This document shows positions 12,201 through 21,048 of a stretch of 64,000 nt of DNA, in pieces. The DNA is from a virus: IMG/VR virus record IMGVR_UViG_3300032093_000099, positions 4,102 through 68,101 of that record, one strand, 5' to 3'. The position numbers and the translations under genes are program-made. Every line of letters begins with the position of its first letter. Position 1 is the stretch's first letter. The notes beneath the pieces are model-generated. The model did no database searches, was not told the DNA's origin, and saw only the letters and a program-made list of their open reading frames with translations.

Positions 12201-12755
12201 AACAAAGTAGGCAGTTTCTTAAACGGCTTGAATGACTTTGTCATAAACTATCGCAACATACAAGTTTACCTTGAAGAAGGACTTAGCCCATTCGGCTACC
12301 GTGGTTGGTATCCTGCACAAGAGTTACCCCTGCAGTATTCTTACATAGGAAGTTCTTCGTTTGTAAACCCAGTAGGTGGTACTGGTCCTATTTATACTTT
12401 TGACAATAGACTAGAGGCGCCAGGTGAATCAGAAAGACTACCTTATGAAAGATCAATAGGCGGAGCTCTAACGTGGGAAGAAACTTGGGCAGGAGACACT
12501 AACGGAAGATTTCCAATAGGTTCTTCGGTAATACTAACATCTGACACATCAAAGATTGCAGGAAAGAGCAAGTACCTATGGAGGATCAAGGAAGGTGATG
12601 ACATATTGGTTGAAACAACCGATTCAAAGATTATGTGGACGTTTACATATCCAGGTGTCTTTGGCGTTGAACTTACTATTGAAGATACAAACGGAAACAC
12701 AACCGTTAGACAAAAAGATACTTTCATAGAAGTAAATGAGTCCACTGGATCGTAA
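6246..12755 (+). CDS. large baseplate/virion protein (gp7-like segment, PKD-like domains)
   Basis: 2169 aa; GSYKGLVNMINWFGY segment; repeated I..GG.GY...P.V modules; C-terminal PKD-like FTYPGVFGVELTIEDTNGN. Confidence 0.65.
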   Translation: MLLTNRFNFFNKNGDNLNPQKRQATTVLIVDETQFPGIGAVINAYTNFEGQVVYIEIIDGGTGYDTSSYLEIRSIDNENLLFTIPSTDITFGVNGEIEAIALPASINNNDFPSPSLDYILDYSLERVSTGLIAVDQIYILENVYDSTGSTGTLSYGQSGYTYPRTENYGPFNINSYSANGTSGKVEIESFTFTGLVREYDSNTVSRVPAAVISSLAVGMNVTGSGVPADTFIYSINTARQTLVLTNPIPADSVGEISFTTYFPHDLRVGSKIFIDGGALDGGSYTLTQVDTFNLYFDTSLTVSSTSGAGVTYSVVPQFKAYVEGDESFFLFNVDYNVDYPTITKSKTIEFEFTQAASSDTIPTAVVGGTANNVLYQRTVYEDIQKTPFTLNIGHQADVEGVFLTVLRIIDNTFSSRPGLLFFGIYRAETEAEDERLGVLLSNIGRDVDAEQELILRDSEVDESNVDYILLNEKRKEMLLQGDQIWPYMGSYKGLVNMINWFGYYDIRLKEYFLNVNSMDTEFGKYRQVPITFQLKNKKESGQSINIVPSKHYRKTSLFGLFYDIVKDSGEFDENGTPLTTDAFTFTNEEALIKFFALKKYLREKFLPLNCQITDITGEGVYYERYTINSWKDVDERRVLELTRPIGFTCEERAPIEDLRSYSSQAYLSPTLEKTLQSFMNKYDILDITITNPGGPYTSIPQVSFPGTSNQQATGYAKVKGYTGSYTLSNPAGFGFTAGDIITLGGGSYSTPIRLLVTGVTGSGSVTDVQIQSGYSQGAGYASLPQAFSQMLVVSPVGSQYEVVNRTGFTASVSDLGYELDDVVFLNKGIGYSSYPQAVFSPNVGSTTADLDLKIYAGTPVGNINNGLRTERWNDSPNIPVGAVVSLSTEFPITWDEVPYSWNDVGGSTDANVIAHIDSLPGGNGEVVALEIVNPGTEYKFTPTLKIVSQEGSGATATASLRKGRLNLLEYTVTAVNSTGGGTNNEFTVTPDIAAAGTLNVSTNRLVTGSNIADIVLTSVITAGPGSTITVENYDSSPASTSVAIGDVILVHQGVAVTNGGSGYSNVPGVNVNSGHTRSIFTWSDLGRGEFYQMQWKVLLTEPVKSTAQFSYDSGIQPIDVLIDHTVVLPYIGKYTVEMIVYNTDNNFANLIKKNCVEVYMLESDFSYISKFVNDCIDSWDSLKQLPNTQENKTAQEIENTRYIEYKWDNATGRWVNLVFNNTDWEDMNFRWENLDVSDLSDVNNYNFPYCEDFSILEISPDDNLEGPVVDYLEPPTAVNPTIVVQGQRIYPQIEPPYNSANEWIFIRRDDTIYQLDVLDADYSNPGYTYIELVNDPPLAFKASPNTWEVLREIGGTVVLPGNKIYNEDSNPNGIQVGKFLKLFQKNSTPIRSRVPINGKNTYSGQPSSITLNGEGSDSSFTKKGEIGRIYKLRDQEINNGNLIWDPTTSASTWTIVAANTNDPEVRDHIGKIYIDQATATCNPLTEIRPGFTKIKLIAYVDGSLKYTQEFRTTHVYLDTSTVGAVYDIWNSSGVYVIDVVGIDGGPIDELDTYLVSLAASGNEEIYLEYEYLEFPTRIYYGEESGGNMTVYFDFNMYPSLGAFNNAQSTEFDSTAIADHTNWFFDNGIASGDFSMEVSQVGTWQGGVGTILTVSDTDSDLLRSSSSFVVCQRNFDEDSAERKLGTEIITWQNYQSTLWEESCGLSWNTVDYATPYWCNFIIDEVVQNSGLQFNEDDVYNFDGIVGGMSNAQIFTQALFELNNSTEGGLARFNYYPISESDISLIPAVINTYESSNSFTTNAPVAIGDVVYGNPFAPVSSVTGISGTTVTLDQDIVKKATFIGDCSAGGYTITNITGLLENQIIPGDVITSSTLPSYPSAGATVTNILVQQGKVREISLSSSCTANGDDITFYAEWETSSISTQILAGGTGTMFKIVAQAKTPSVDCLGYLTGEGGLTFETPDGNSSALSHSFPTGNYYSWLGFGPNKVGSFLNGLNDFVINYRNIQVYLEEGLSPFGYRGWYPAQELPLQYSYIGSSSFVNPVGGTGPIYTFDNRLEAPGESERLPYERSIGGALTWEETWAGDTNGRFPIGSSVILTSDTSKIAGKSKYLWRIKEGDDILVETTDSKIMWTFTYPGVFGVELTIEDTNGNTTVRQKDTFIEVNESTGS

Positions 12756-14103
12756 TCAAAGGCAAGAACGTTCAAAGTTTCCTACGACTGCGAACATATC
12801 ACAGTTCTTGAAAGTGCCTCCCGTTGAAGATGGGAACACACCAACCAATTCCTTGAATCAAGGATTCATATACACTTCCGAAAGCATTGACAGCTACTAT
12901 TACGATACCGAGTACTCTTCGTCTATACTTTCGGTTACATCAAGAAGATCCTCGACGAACGTTGGCTACGTTTACGAGATAGTCGTTGAATACACAGCAA
13001 AAGAAGCACCGTCTGCGACTACACCTGGTTTGTATGGTTCTAACTTAATTAAGAAAGGAGATTTCTTTATCGTCACGTCTTTTAATGATGTTCACAGCTA
13101 TGTAAAGGGTGCTGTTATTGATGTACTTGATGTTGTGGTATCAGGGCCAGTTGCTGATGTTTACACATACGAATACAATCTACTGTGCAACATTAGTGAA
13201 GGCGATCCTCTTTTGATAGAAGTAAACGACAACTTCGTTTGGAAAAGAAGACTTTATACTGATAAGAATAACGAAGTTGACAATAAACCTCCAGCCAACC
13301 TGCTCTCAACTGTGAGAGAAGACGGTATTTACTTTAGGTGGACCGATCCGACCGACAAAGCTCTTAAGTACAACTTAAGGATCAGGGAAAAAGACCAATC
13401 AGACGGCGGAGGTATCACTTACTTTTTTGTACCTGGAATCAGATCAATAGGTAATGGCGAAATATCTTTGAAAGTTTTCTTGGGTTCAACTGGTACGTAT
13501 GATAAAGAAATAACCACGGTCAAGATCGAAAACCCAGGTGACTTTTATTCTATAACACCCACTGTCAACATAGTAGGAACCGGGACTGGAGCAAGTGCGG
13601 CCGCTGAATTGACAGAAAGCGGTTCTTTAAGAATCGATGACTTTATGGTCTATGCACACGATTCTTACAACACGATTAACGTTGAAGCTGAAGATTGGCA
13701 GAACGCTCCACAGCTAAACACATACGTAAACATTTTAGGAAATGATCTGTTTGTGAATACGATTAGCGCAGCATCGGACGGCAGATATACTCTTACTTTC
13801 TGCAAGCCAAGCGGAGAAGACTTTTTCTTCAATGCGGCATTTGGCGATAAAGTGCTTTTCACAAAACTATACTTTCATACGGGTATAAAACTTTTGAACG
13901 GTGGAAGCAACTACCGCAGGAATGCTTACGCAAGATACAAAGAATACCTTCCAGAAGATATATACTTCATAGGGAAAGGTGCAACCGCAAGCACAGGAAC
14001 TCTTGCATACGGTGACTATTATTGGTCAGTATGTGGAATTCTATCCGAAGATAATAAGACATACACAGAATGGACGACAGAGTATCCACTAACCGTAAAG
14101 TAA
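12736..14103 (+). CDS. putative virion structural protein (FN3-like segment)
   Basis: PPANL...IYFRWTDP...YNLRIRE; shares the NPG.Y..PTV.I.GTG.GASA module with the upstream gene. Confidence 0.55.
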   Translation: MSPLDRNQRQERSKFPTTANISQFLKVPPVEDGNTPTNSLNQGFIYTSESIDSYYYDTEYSSSILSVTSRRSSTNVGYVYEIVVEYTAKEAPSATTPGLYGSNLIKKGDFFIVTSFNDVHSYVKGAVIDVLDVVVSGPVADVYTYEYNLLCNISEGDPLLIEVNDNFVWKRRLYTDKNNEVDNKPPANLLSTVREDGIYFRWTDPTDKALKYNLRIREKDQSDGGGITYFFVPGIRSIGNGEISLKVFLGSTGTYDKEITTVKIENPGDFYSITPTVNIVGTGTGASAAAELTESGSLRIDDFMVYAHDSYNTINVEAEDWQNAPQLNTYVNILGNDLFVNTISAASDGRYTLTFCKPSGEDFFFNAAFGDKVLFTKLYFHTGIKLLNGGSNYRRNAYARYKEYLPEDIYFIGKGATASTGTLAYGDYYWSVCGILSEDNKTYTEWTTEYPLTVK

Positions 14104-14654
14104 ACGAGGCTCGCATCAAAGGCGTAGTTTCCGAAAGACTTGCTGTGTTTGATCTGGACGATACATTGATCATTTCAGACGCTAAGATACAAGTTCTTGA
14201 CACCAAAACAGGAAAAGTAATTAAGACTCTGACGCCTGCCGAATTTAACTTTTTCAAGCCCACTTCTAAGCACGCGCTTTCTTTTTCAGAATTCGAAGAT
14301 TTCGAGATTCTCAAAAGAGCTTCTTTCATAACACATGTTCTTGAGGATCTGCAAAAATTCTACAATTCGGGCGTTCATGTGGCTATCGTCACAGCAAGAT
14401 CAAACTCAAAAATGATCCGTGACTTTTTCTTACACAACGGAATCGACATACACCCTGACTTAGTGATAGCTGTCAATGATCCTTCACAAAAACTCAAAGG
14501 CAACATCGCCGAAAGGAAAAAAGAAGCCCTTCACAGATTGGTTGAAGACGGCTACAAAGACCTAATCTTTTTTGATGACAATGATGACAATCTTAGATTG
14601 GCCAAAGAAATCGAAAAAGAAAAAGACGTTAAAGTCAAAACTGTTAAAGTGTAA
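14070..14654 (+). CDS. HAD-superfamily phosphatase
   Basis: Motif I VFDLDDTL, motif II IVTAR, a Lys, and motif IV FFDDNDDN. Confidence 0.8.
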   Translation: MDDRVSTNRKVNEARIKGVVSERLAVFDLDDTLIISDAKIQVLDTKTGKVIKTLTPAEFNFFKPTSKHALSFSEFEDFEILKRASFITHVLEDLQKFYNSGVHVAIVTARSNSKMIRDFFLHNGIDIHPDLVIAVNDPSQKLKGNIAERKKEALHRLVEDGYKDLIFFDDNDDNLRLAKEIEKEKDVKVKTVKV

Positions 14655-14657
14655 TAC

Positions 14658-14912
14658 ATGGTATTGAGGGATATCGCGGAAGGCTGGTTCAACAAGTTAT
14701 TGGATTCGTTAAATCTTCTTGACGAAGAAACTAAGAAACTCGCCAAATCACGCTTATCCGTCTGTACAGACTGTCCAGTCAGGACAGAATCCAAATGTGA
14801 CTCTGATAAATTTCATAGAAAAAACGACGGGACAAAGTTCCAAGGTTGCGGATGCAACATTGAAGCAAAAGTTCTATGTCAACACTGCGAGTGTCCAGGC
14901 GGACGCTGGTAA
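14658..14912 (+). CDS. small Cys-rich (Zn-binding) protein
   Basis: RLSVCTDCP...GCGCNIEAKVLC...CPGGRW. Confidence 0.7.
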   Translation: MVLRDIAEGWFNKLLDSLNLLDEETKKLAKSRLSVCTDCPVRTESKCDSDKFHRKNDGTKFQGCGCNIEAKVLCQHCECPGGRW

Positions 14913-14926
14913 AAAATACAAATCAT

Positions 14927-15646
14927 ATGCCAAGAAAAAAGACAAACCAAGACGAGAACGTAGATTCGTGGTTGCCACCGGCGCAAACATATCTAACAAA
15001 AATCAATTTTGATCTCAAGTGTAAAAACGAAAGGCAAAGACAGTTTGTCAGGCTCATAAATTCAAAAGACATAACGATATGCGCTGGACCGGCGGGAACA
15101 GGCAAGACTTATGTTGCTTGTGCAGAAGCTCTTAAGTTATTGTCCAAACGCCCAGACGTATATCGTAAGATCATAATCGTTAAGTCAGTGACAGTATTGG
15201 AAGGAGAAGAAATAGGATTCTTAAAAGGAACCATGAAAGAAAAGATGGAACCTTATATGATTTCTTTTATGGACAATTTCCACAAGATCATTGGTAAAGA
15301 CTTGACAAGAAGTCTTGAAGCGCAAGAACTTATAGAGATCATGCCTCTTGCCTACATTCGTGGACGAAGCATCGACAACACAATCATAATCGTCGATGAA
15401 GCACAGAACATTAGCCTAAAGAATATGCGTTCGACTATGACCCGTCTCGGAGAAAATTCTAAGATGATTATAGTGGGAGACACTAAACAGATCGACATAC
15501 GCAAGAACGAGATATCTTCACTTGAAAAAGTTGTCCACTTCTTCAAAGACATTGAAGAAATCGGAATCATGGAATTCCAACGCGAGGACATCGTAAGAAA
15601 CCCGTTGATCATAAAGATCGAAGAAGTTTTCGAGAGAAACTCTTAA
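14927..15646 (+). CDS. phoH: PhoH-family ATPase
   Basis: GPAGTGKT, EEIGFLKG, LAYIRGRS, DEAQN, GDTKQID, DIVRNPLI; start moved to the ATG at 14927. Confidence 0.92.
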   Translation: MPRKKTNQDENVDSWLPPAQTYLTKINFDLKCKNERQRQFVRLINSKDITICAGPAGTGKTYVACAEALKLLSKRPDVYRKIIIVKSVTVLEGEEIGFLKGTMKEKMEPYMISFMDNFHKIIGKDLTRSLEAQELIEIMPLAYIRGRSIDNTIIIVDEAQNISLKNMRSTMTRLGENSKMIIVGDTKQIDIRKNEISSLEKVVHFFKDIEEIGIMEFQREDIVRNPLIIKIEEVFERNS

Positions 15647-16071
15647 AGATCTACTTTAGGAAACGGTTTATTGTCGAACCAATCGCTGCCATAAGAAACG
15701 AGAAGCTGTTCTCCAGGTTCTATGTCTCTTAGTGCGATTATGTAGAGTATGCCGTTTTCTATGTCATTCACAAATTCGCAATTGTTGCGATCACTGTGGT
15801 TGTAGATACCTCCGTAACCCATAGGTACAGCCGCAAACTGCTCGCCCCACCGCAGGCTGTAAAGTGTCAGTCCTAAAGACGCATTACTACCGCGATCTTC
15901 TTGTGCATTCCAAGAAGCAATCTTTATGATGTCTACCGGATAGACTATGACAGGACTTGCTTCAATGAAGGCGTCTTTTTTGATCTTTTCCTTTGTGAAA
16001 ACGCCCCAGCCGTACACTTCTTCCACCCAGTCAACATAAATACCAGGAATTATGAAGGGACTATTTTCCAC
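15643..16071 (-). CDS. SET-domain protein (putative lysine methyltransferase)
   Basis: GWGVF, IYNHSDRNNC, ALRDIEPGEQLLVSYG. Confidence 0.9.
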   Translation of the reverse strand: MENSPFIIPGIYVDWVEEVYGWGVFTKEKIKKDAFIEASPVIVYPVDIIKIASWNAQEDRGSNASLGLTLYSLRWGEQFAAVPMGYGGIYNHSDRNNCEFVNDIENGILYIIALRDIEPGEQLLVSYGSDWFDNKPFPKVDL

Positions 16072-16306
16072 TGGCTTTCATGTTCTCTGGCAAGTCGGGA
16101 ATTTTCTTCCACATAAACTCTGGTACTTTTCCGCACTTTTTGCAGACGATAACTTCGATGGGAATGTGTTCTTCTTTGCCAGTCGGACTGATTAAAGCAG
16201 AAACTCTTTTGAACATATAGTAAGTCTCAAACATTTGAGGCTCTCCACAACATTCGGTCCAAGGTGCGTCCGAAATGTCGACTTTCATTCTTTGCTGATT
16301 TTCCAT
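16061..16306 (-). CDS. small Zn-ribbon protein
   Basis: ECCG...VSALISPTGKE...CKKCGKV. Confidence 0.7.
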   Translation of the reverse strand: MENQQRMKVDISDAPWTECCGEPQMFETYYMFKRVSALISPTGKEEHIPIEVIVCKKCGKVPEFMWKKIPDLPENMKASGK

Positions 16307-16385
16307 GTAGTTTATATTATGTAATTGTTAAAAAGTTCTTGAAACCAAAGTGCTAACAGCGAATATAACAACCAAAATTAACTAT

Positions 16386-17075
16386 ATGTTCTCAAAAGAA
16401 TCACTGTCGAAATTCCTTTTCTTTGACATCGAAACATGCGGTCTTTATCCTACTTATGAAGAATTTGTAAAGAACGATCCTGACGGAGCTGAAATCTACA
16501 AAAAGAAATGCAACCGTCTTAACTACGGCGATCCTGCCGAAGGTTACCTCAACAAAGTATCACTCTTTCCTGAGTACGGCAAGATTGCCTGCCTTTCATA
16601 CGGCGTTTGGAGAGATGGAGAAATTAAAGTAAACACAATTTCCGGAGACGAAAAAGAAATGATGAAGCAAATTCATGCTCTCTTCGTCAAAGCAGGTGCC
16701 AACGGAATGGCGCCTACCGGTTGGAACATCAAGAACTTTGATGTTGCTTGGGTCTATCGCAAACTCTTGATGCAAGGATTCCAAGTACCCGACTGTTTGA
16801 ACACCTGGGGTAAGAAACCTTGGGAGATCAATATATTCGATATGAAAGAATGGTGGAAGTCATACTCAAATCTGGATGTTACTTTTGAAGAAGCTGCTTA
16901 TGCTTTAGGTCTCCCTTCGCCAAAAGACGATATAGACGGAGGAATGGTTCACCAAACATATTGGAACGGTGAATTGGACCGTGTGATTACATACTGTGAA
17001 AAAGACGTTAAGACAATGATCTTGATGTGCGAAAAAATCTATAAACTCTACCAGCCCACAACACTCTATGCCTGA
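16386..17075 (+). CDS. 3'-5' exonuclease (PolB-proofreading-like, DEDD)
   Basis: FFDIET, GWNIKNFD, SPKDDIDG, YCEKDV. Confidence 0.85.
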   Translation: MFSKESLSKFLFFDIETCGLYPTYEEFVKNDPDGAEIYKKKCNRLNYGDPAEGYLNKVSLFPEYGKIACLSYGVWRDGEIKVNTISGDEKEMMKQIHALFVKAGANGMAPTGWNIKNFDVAWVYRKLLMQGFQVPDCLNTWGKKPWEINIFDMKEWWKSYSNLDVTFEEAAYALGLPSPKDDIDGGMVHQTYWNGELDRVITYCEKDVKTMILMCEKIYKLYQPTTLYA

Positions 17076-17904
17076 GTTAGCCGAAGTTAAGATCATGTGC
17101 GACTTCATCAACTATGTTGCATCGCAGGAGAAGTTTTTCAATAAGATTGAAAAGTCACCAGTCTCAAAAGTTAAAACCGAGCTGGATGAATTTGATGACG
17201 TGGTCTTTAAGATAGGAGCTGTATCTAGAGGTAAAGAAATGATGCTGGAAATATCACCAGTAGGAGAAGGACTTCCTAGCAAAAATCTTTCGGTGACTTT
17301 AGGTATGAGTGGAAACTTTGCATACATCAATAAAGAGTCCGAACATTTCGACAAAGTCATGAAGCACGCACACTTACGCTTCAAGACAGTTCGTGGAAAC
17401 TATTTGGTACTGCACGATGTACGAAGATTCGCTAAATGGAAATGGACAGATGGGTGGACCAAAGGAAGAGGATATTGTCCTCTTACGGAATTTAACCAAT
17501 TTTCAGAACACCTGCGCTTCAGCTGGTGGAAACATAAAGTGTTTAACACTCCTTTGAACGAAATCCTAATGAATCAGTCATTGTTCAACGGAGTCGGTAA
17601 TTACCTAAGAGCTGAAATTCTTTACCGCATGAACATCAATCCTTTTCAGCCCGCAAACCAACTTTCGCAGCTTGAGGTTGATTCTCTCTTAATGTTTACA
17701 CACAAATGTTGTCGAGATGCTTACACCCTTGGTGGTGGTGAACTTAAAGACTGGGTGAATCCCAACGGCACCGACGGCAAGTCTTTCAAAGAATGGATGT
17801 TGTGCTATGGAAAAGGTTCTTCTGTCGTCGACAAGACAGGGAGAAGATTTTGGTACGACCCTCAATGGGAGAAGTATATTCCCGAAACTTACAAAAAATC
17901 TTGA
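17068..17904 (+). CDS. Fpg/Nei DNA glycosylase, NEIL1-like
   Basis: N-terminal MPELAEV, RGKE, LGMSG, DVRRF, H2TH NQSLFNGVGNYLRAEILY; no Zn finger. Confidence 0.9.
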   Translation: MPELAEVKIMCDFINYVASQEKFFNKIEKSPVSKVKTELDEFDDVVFKIGAVSRGKEMMLEISPVGEGLPSKNLSVTLGMSGNFAYINKESEHFDKVMKHAHLRFKTVRGNYLVLHDVRRFAKWKWTDGWTKGRGYCPLTEFNQFSEHLRFSWWKHKVFNTPLNEILMNQSLFNGVGNYLRAEILYRMNINPFQPANQLSQLEVDSLLMFTHKCCRDAYTLGGGELKDWVNPNGTDGKSFKEWMLCYGKGSSVVDKTGRRFWYDPQWEKYIPETYKKS

Positions 17905-17966
17905 CGAGACACTTAACACAGTCACATTGTCTTGAGAACTTGCCACTGACATACTTTTTCTTGCCG

Positions 17967-17987
17967 AGATATATAGAAAAAAGGCAG
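17967..17987 (+). promoter_or_regulatory. late-promoter-like element, 21-bp repeat copy 1 (AGATATATAGAAAAAAGGCAG)
   Basis: Identical copy at 32166-32186. Confidence 0.7.
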
Positions 17988-18003
17988 AAAAAATCAAAAA
18001 ACA

Positions 18004-18861
18004 ATGGCAACAGTAACTATCACTGAAATTCTAGGAAGCGACAATATCGCCGGTTCTAGAATCACAATCAACACAAACTTTTCAAACTTAGCAACAGCCA
18101 TCAATAACTTGGAGGCGAGACTTGATACGTCATTCTCACCAGGTGGATCGCTGAACGTAGGAAACGCTCTCATTAAGAGGTATACCAACCCGGTAACTGC
18201 GCAAATCTTTACTTGTGAAGCTACGGGTTTGTTCCAAGGTAACCTAAACGTCTCTAAGACTCTATCGGTAACCGAAGCACTGAACGTTGGGACAGACTTG
18301 ACTGTCAGCGGAAACGTAACATTCGATGATGCCGCTACGGGCGGTGGCGCGATGATCAGCGAGCTTCCATTCGACCTGGACGCTGCTTTCTCTTCTCCAC
18401 AGCTCGACGGACAAAGCGGTTCAAACGCTGAATTGTTGAATCCTCAGACACTTTCACAGTCTCCTTCGGCAACCGTTCGTGAAATCGCAGCAGGCGCAGA
18501 CTTTCCTAAGATTGGCGTAATTCGTTTGAACTATTCAACATACGCTCCTGGTACTACAGCAACAAGCTGTACAACAATCCAGCTCCCTGCGGTATCTTCA
18601 GCAAACGTAACTCCTGGACAAGTAGTTACTGTTTTGATTGATCAACCAGCAGCAACAGGAACAACCGGTGCTCAGTTTGGTATCAGCAGCACAAATCTTG
18701 CAACAGGCTACAACGACGACATTCTTTTAAGCGGAATCACGGGCGCTTTCATCGACAGCGATAGCTACGAATTAAGAAAAGTCGCTGTCACTCTCTACGC
18801 AGATACACAAGTAGGAAACGGCTGGAGAGTACTTTCGTCTACTCCGTACGTTGAGTACTAA
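18004..18861 (+). CDS. virion structural/fibre protein
   Basis: N-terminal EILGSDNIAGSRITINTNFSNL module; GNLNV/GTDLTVSGNV beta repeats. Confidence 0.6.
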   Translation: MATVTITEILGSDNIAGSRITINTNFSNLATAINNLEARLDTSFSPGGSLNVGNALIKRYTNPVTAQIFTCEATGLFQGNLNVSKTLSVTEALNVGTDLTVSGNVTFDDAATGGGAMISELPFDLDAAFSSPQLDGQSGSNAELLNPQTLSQSPSATVREIAAGADFPKIGVIRLNYSTYAPGTTATSCTTIQLPAVSSANVTPGQVVTVLIDQPAATGTTGAQFGISSTNLATGYNDDILLSGITGAFIDSDSYELRKVAVTLYADTQVGNGWRVLSSTPYVEY

Positions 18862-18877
18862 TAAAAACAATATCTAA

Positions 18878-21031
18878 ATGATAGCACCACTAATTAGGCC
18901 TATTAGACTTCAAGGAGGTACGTTCTACACATTTTCTTCTGCCTCGGAAGATCTTGGTCTTTCTTTTAATAGCTCAGACAAGAAATTCCGTTTCTCGAAG
19001 TTTGCTCTTTTGAACATACCAAACATTGAGAACCCAAGTACCAACTTTGAAAACTTCATAGGTCTCTCGAACAGCCCAGGCGCTTACGAAGAAATCGACG
19101 GTAGCAAAACGCAGAATGATTACTTTGCTGAATCGTTCCAAAACTACTGTCTGAACCTCGAGGCGATGATATCTTCATCGCAAGATTATGACTCCAATCT
19201 TTTTAGAACCACGTCAGAACGCGTGTTCTTTAAATGGCTGAAAGAAATGGGTGCTATTCGCTTTAGAGAAGCAGTAGTCGGTTCAGAACAATCTAATGCA
19301 ACATACGGTGTACACTTCGTAGAAGAAGACAACAGCGTTTCTTACGAAAAAGTCGTCAAGTATGTAGCAGACATCGGAATCTTAAACACGGTCAAAAACA
19401 ACGCAAATGCTTTCACCGAGGTTTACGTATACATTCCGACTGCTCAAGGTAACACACCAACCGTACTTTTCAAATCAATCACTGACGCAAACTATGCACC
19501 AAACATGGTGTTCACCAATGATCCTGCTGATCCTCTTGATGCAGAATACATTTATGGCAGATCAGCAGCAACGGTACAACCCGCAGGCTTAAGTACTCGT
19601 GCTTTCTTTGACAGCGACACATTTACGTTTACCACACCGGATCCTTTCGGCGCAACTGCCGACTTTTACTATTACGATACGGTAACAGCAACGTACATCC
19701 AACAAGGAGACCCTGGATTCCAGTGGTGGTACGCTAACCCAATACCTAACACTTTCTTCTTAGAGCCTACTTCTTTCATCGATCCTACGAATGATATCTT
19801 TAAGATCGAAAGCGTGAACAAGTCAACCGAATTCAAAAGAAGTAGACTTGATGGTATCACAATGGAATTTGATACCAATGCTTACGCTGGAATGGCCAAT
19901 GTAGGTATCACAAACTTTGGTGGGTTTAATGAAACACCAGCCGCGCAATCATTTGACTTCAACGCGGTACTTATCTATTACGATCTCTACGATCCTGCAA
20001 CTCTCGCAAACTCGACATCAAACTTGTTCGGTGTTCTTTTCCTTGACAATGTTGATCCTCTTCCTTCAGGTGGTGGTTACATTCCAAGGTTGACCAAGTA
20101 CAAGCCAAACAGCATCACAGGCGCTAACGGGAATTCTTATTCGTTTAGAATCAATCTTAAATTCGATGTAAACACTGACGACACAGCAGTTGAGACATCA
20201 ATAAACGATTACAATCCATATTCGTTGGAACTATACATGGATGTTCTAAACGAGATGACGGCGTCGGTCGCATTGATGAACAAAAACAATCAGCTGATCA
20301 ACAGTCTTCAAACACAGGTGAATTCGTTGACCAATTTAATCTTGGACTCTAAGAATGCTGATGTTCTGACTCAAAAGATCGCTTCTTTGGAAACATTAGT
20401 CAATGACAACAAAGCAATCTTTGCAAACAACGCAAGTCTGCTTGCTTTGATTCAGAAGAACTACCAAGACATAATCAACATATACAACAACACAACCTCG
20501 ATCGAGGTTGCTTACAATCTTGATGTGATCACAAGCGGCGATGGAATCTTTTTGGACAAGTCCCAAGCAGGTCAAGTCAAAATAATCAACACCGATCAAG
20601 AGTTTAACTTGGGAGCCAAACCTTTAGTTTCCATCACCAATGACTTTACGGTGCTTCCTAGTACATACCAGTATACGGATAAATTGATACCCTTTTCCAA
20701 CTACTTAAAGATCACTGATGGGTCCGCTAGCGTCCCATACGTCACGGACCGAGACATAGTGATACGCATTAACGATACTGATACTGCTTGGAAAAAAGGA
20801 CAGTCGTATAGGTTATCATTTAAGTACGGCGTGGACATGTCAAACAACAATGGCAACTTTAACTTAATCGTTTATACTGACGCAACCGACAAACTCAACA
20901 CAGGTTTTGCATACGGAGCAGAAGCTGCCTTTATCACATACCTCGAGTTTGCTGAGAAGGGTGACAAACCAACGATCGAAATCATATGTCTCGACCCTGA
21001 TACATTTACATTTACATACGACATATTCTAA
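18878..21031 (+). CDS. putative structural protein
   Basis: 717 aa, in the late operon, with a coiled-coil segment. Confidence 0.55.
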   Translation: MIAPLIRPIRLQGGTFYTFSSASEDLGLSFNSSDKKFRFSKFALLNIPNIENPSTNFENFIGLSNSPGAYEEIDGSKTQNDYFAESFQNYCLNLEAMISSSQDYDSNLFRTTSERVFFKWLKEMGAIRFREAVVGSEQSNATYGVHFVEEDNSVSYEKVVKYVADIGILNTVKNNANAFTEVYVYIPTAQGNTPTVLFKSITDANYAPNMVFTNDPADPLDAEYIYGRSAATVQPAGLSTRAFFDSDTFTFTTPDPFGATADFYYYDTVTATYIQQGDPGFQWWYANPIPNTFFLEPTSFIDPTNDIFKIESVNKSTEFKRSRLDGITMEFDTNAYAGMANVGITNFGGFNETPAAQSFDFNAVLIYYDLYDPATLANSTSNLFGVLFLDNVDPLPSGGGYIPRLTKYKPNSITGANGNSYSFRINLKFDVNTDDTAVETSINDYNPYSLELYMDVLNEMTASVALMNKNNQLINSLQTQVNSLTNLILDSKNADVLTQKIASLETLVNDNKAIFANNASLLALIQKNYQDIINIYNNTTSIEVAYNLDVITSGDGIFLDKSQAGQVKIINTDQEFNLGAKPLVSITNDFTVLPSTYQYTDKLIPFSNYLKITDGSASVPYVTDRDIVIRINDTDTAWKKGQSYRLSFKYGVDMSNNNGNFNLIVYTDATDKLNTGFAYGAEAAFITYLEFAEKGDKPTIEIICLDPDTFTFTYDIF

Positions 21032-21048
21032 AAGAATAAAAGAAACCA

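Noticed and set aside
15643-17904. Eukaryotic or giant-virus origin suggested by SET and NEIL1-like genes
   Set aside because: gp13, gp25, gp6, gp32, gp61, UvsW, PhoH and operon-style overlaps indicate a tailed phage.
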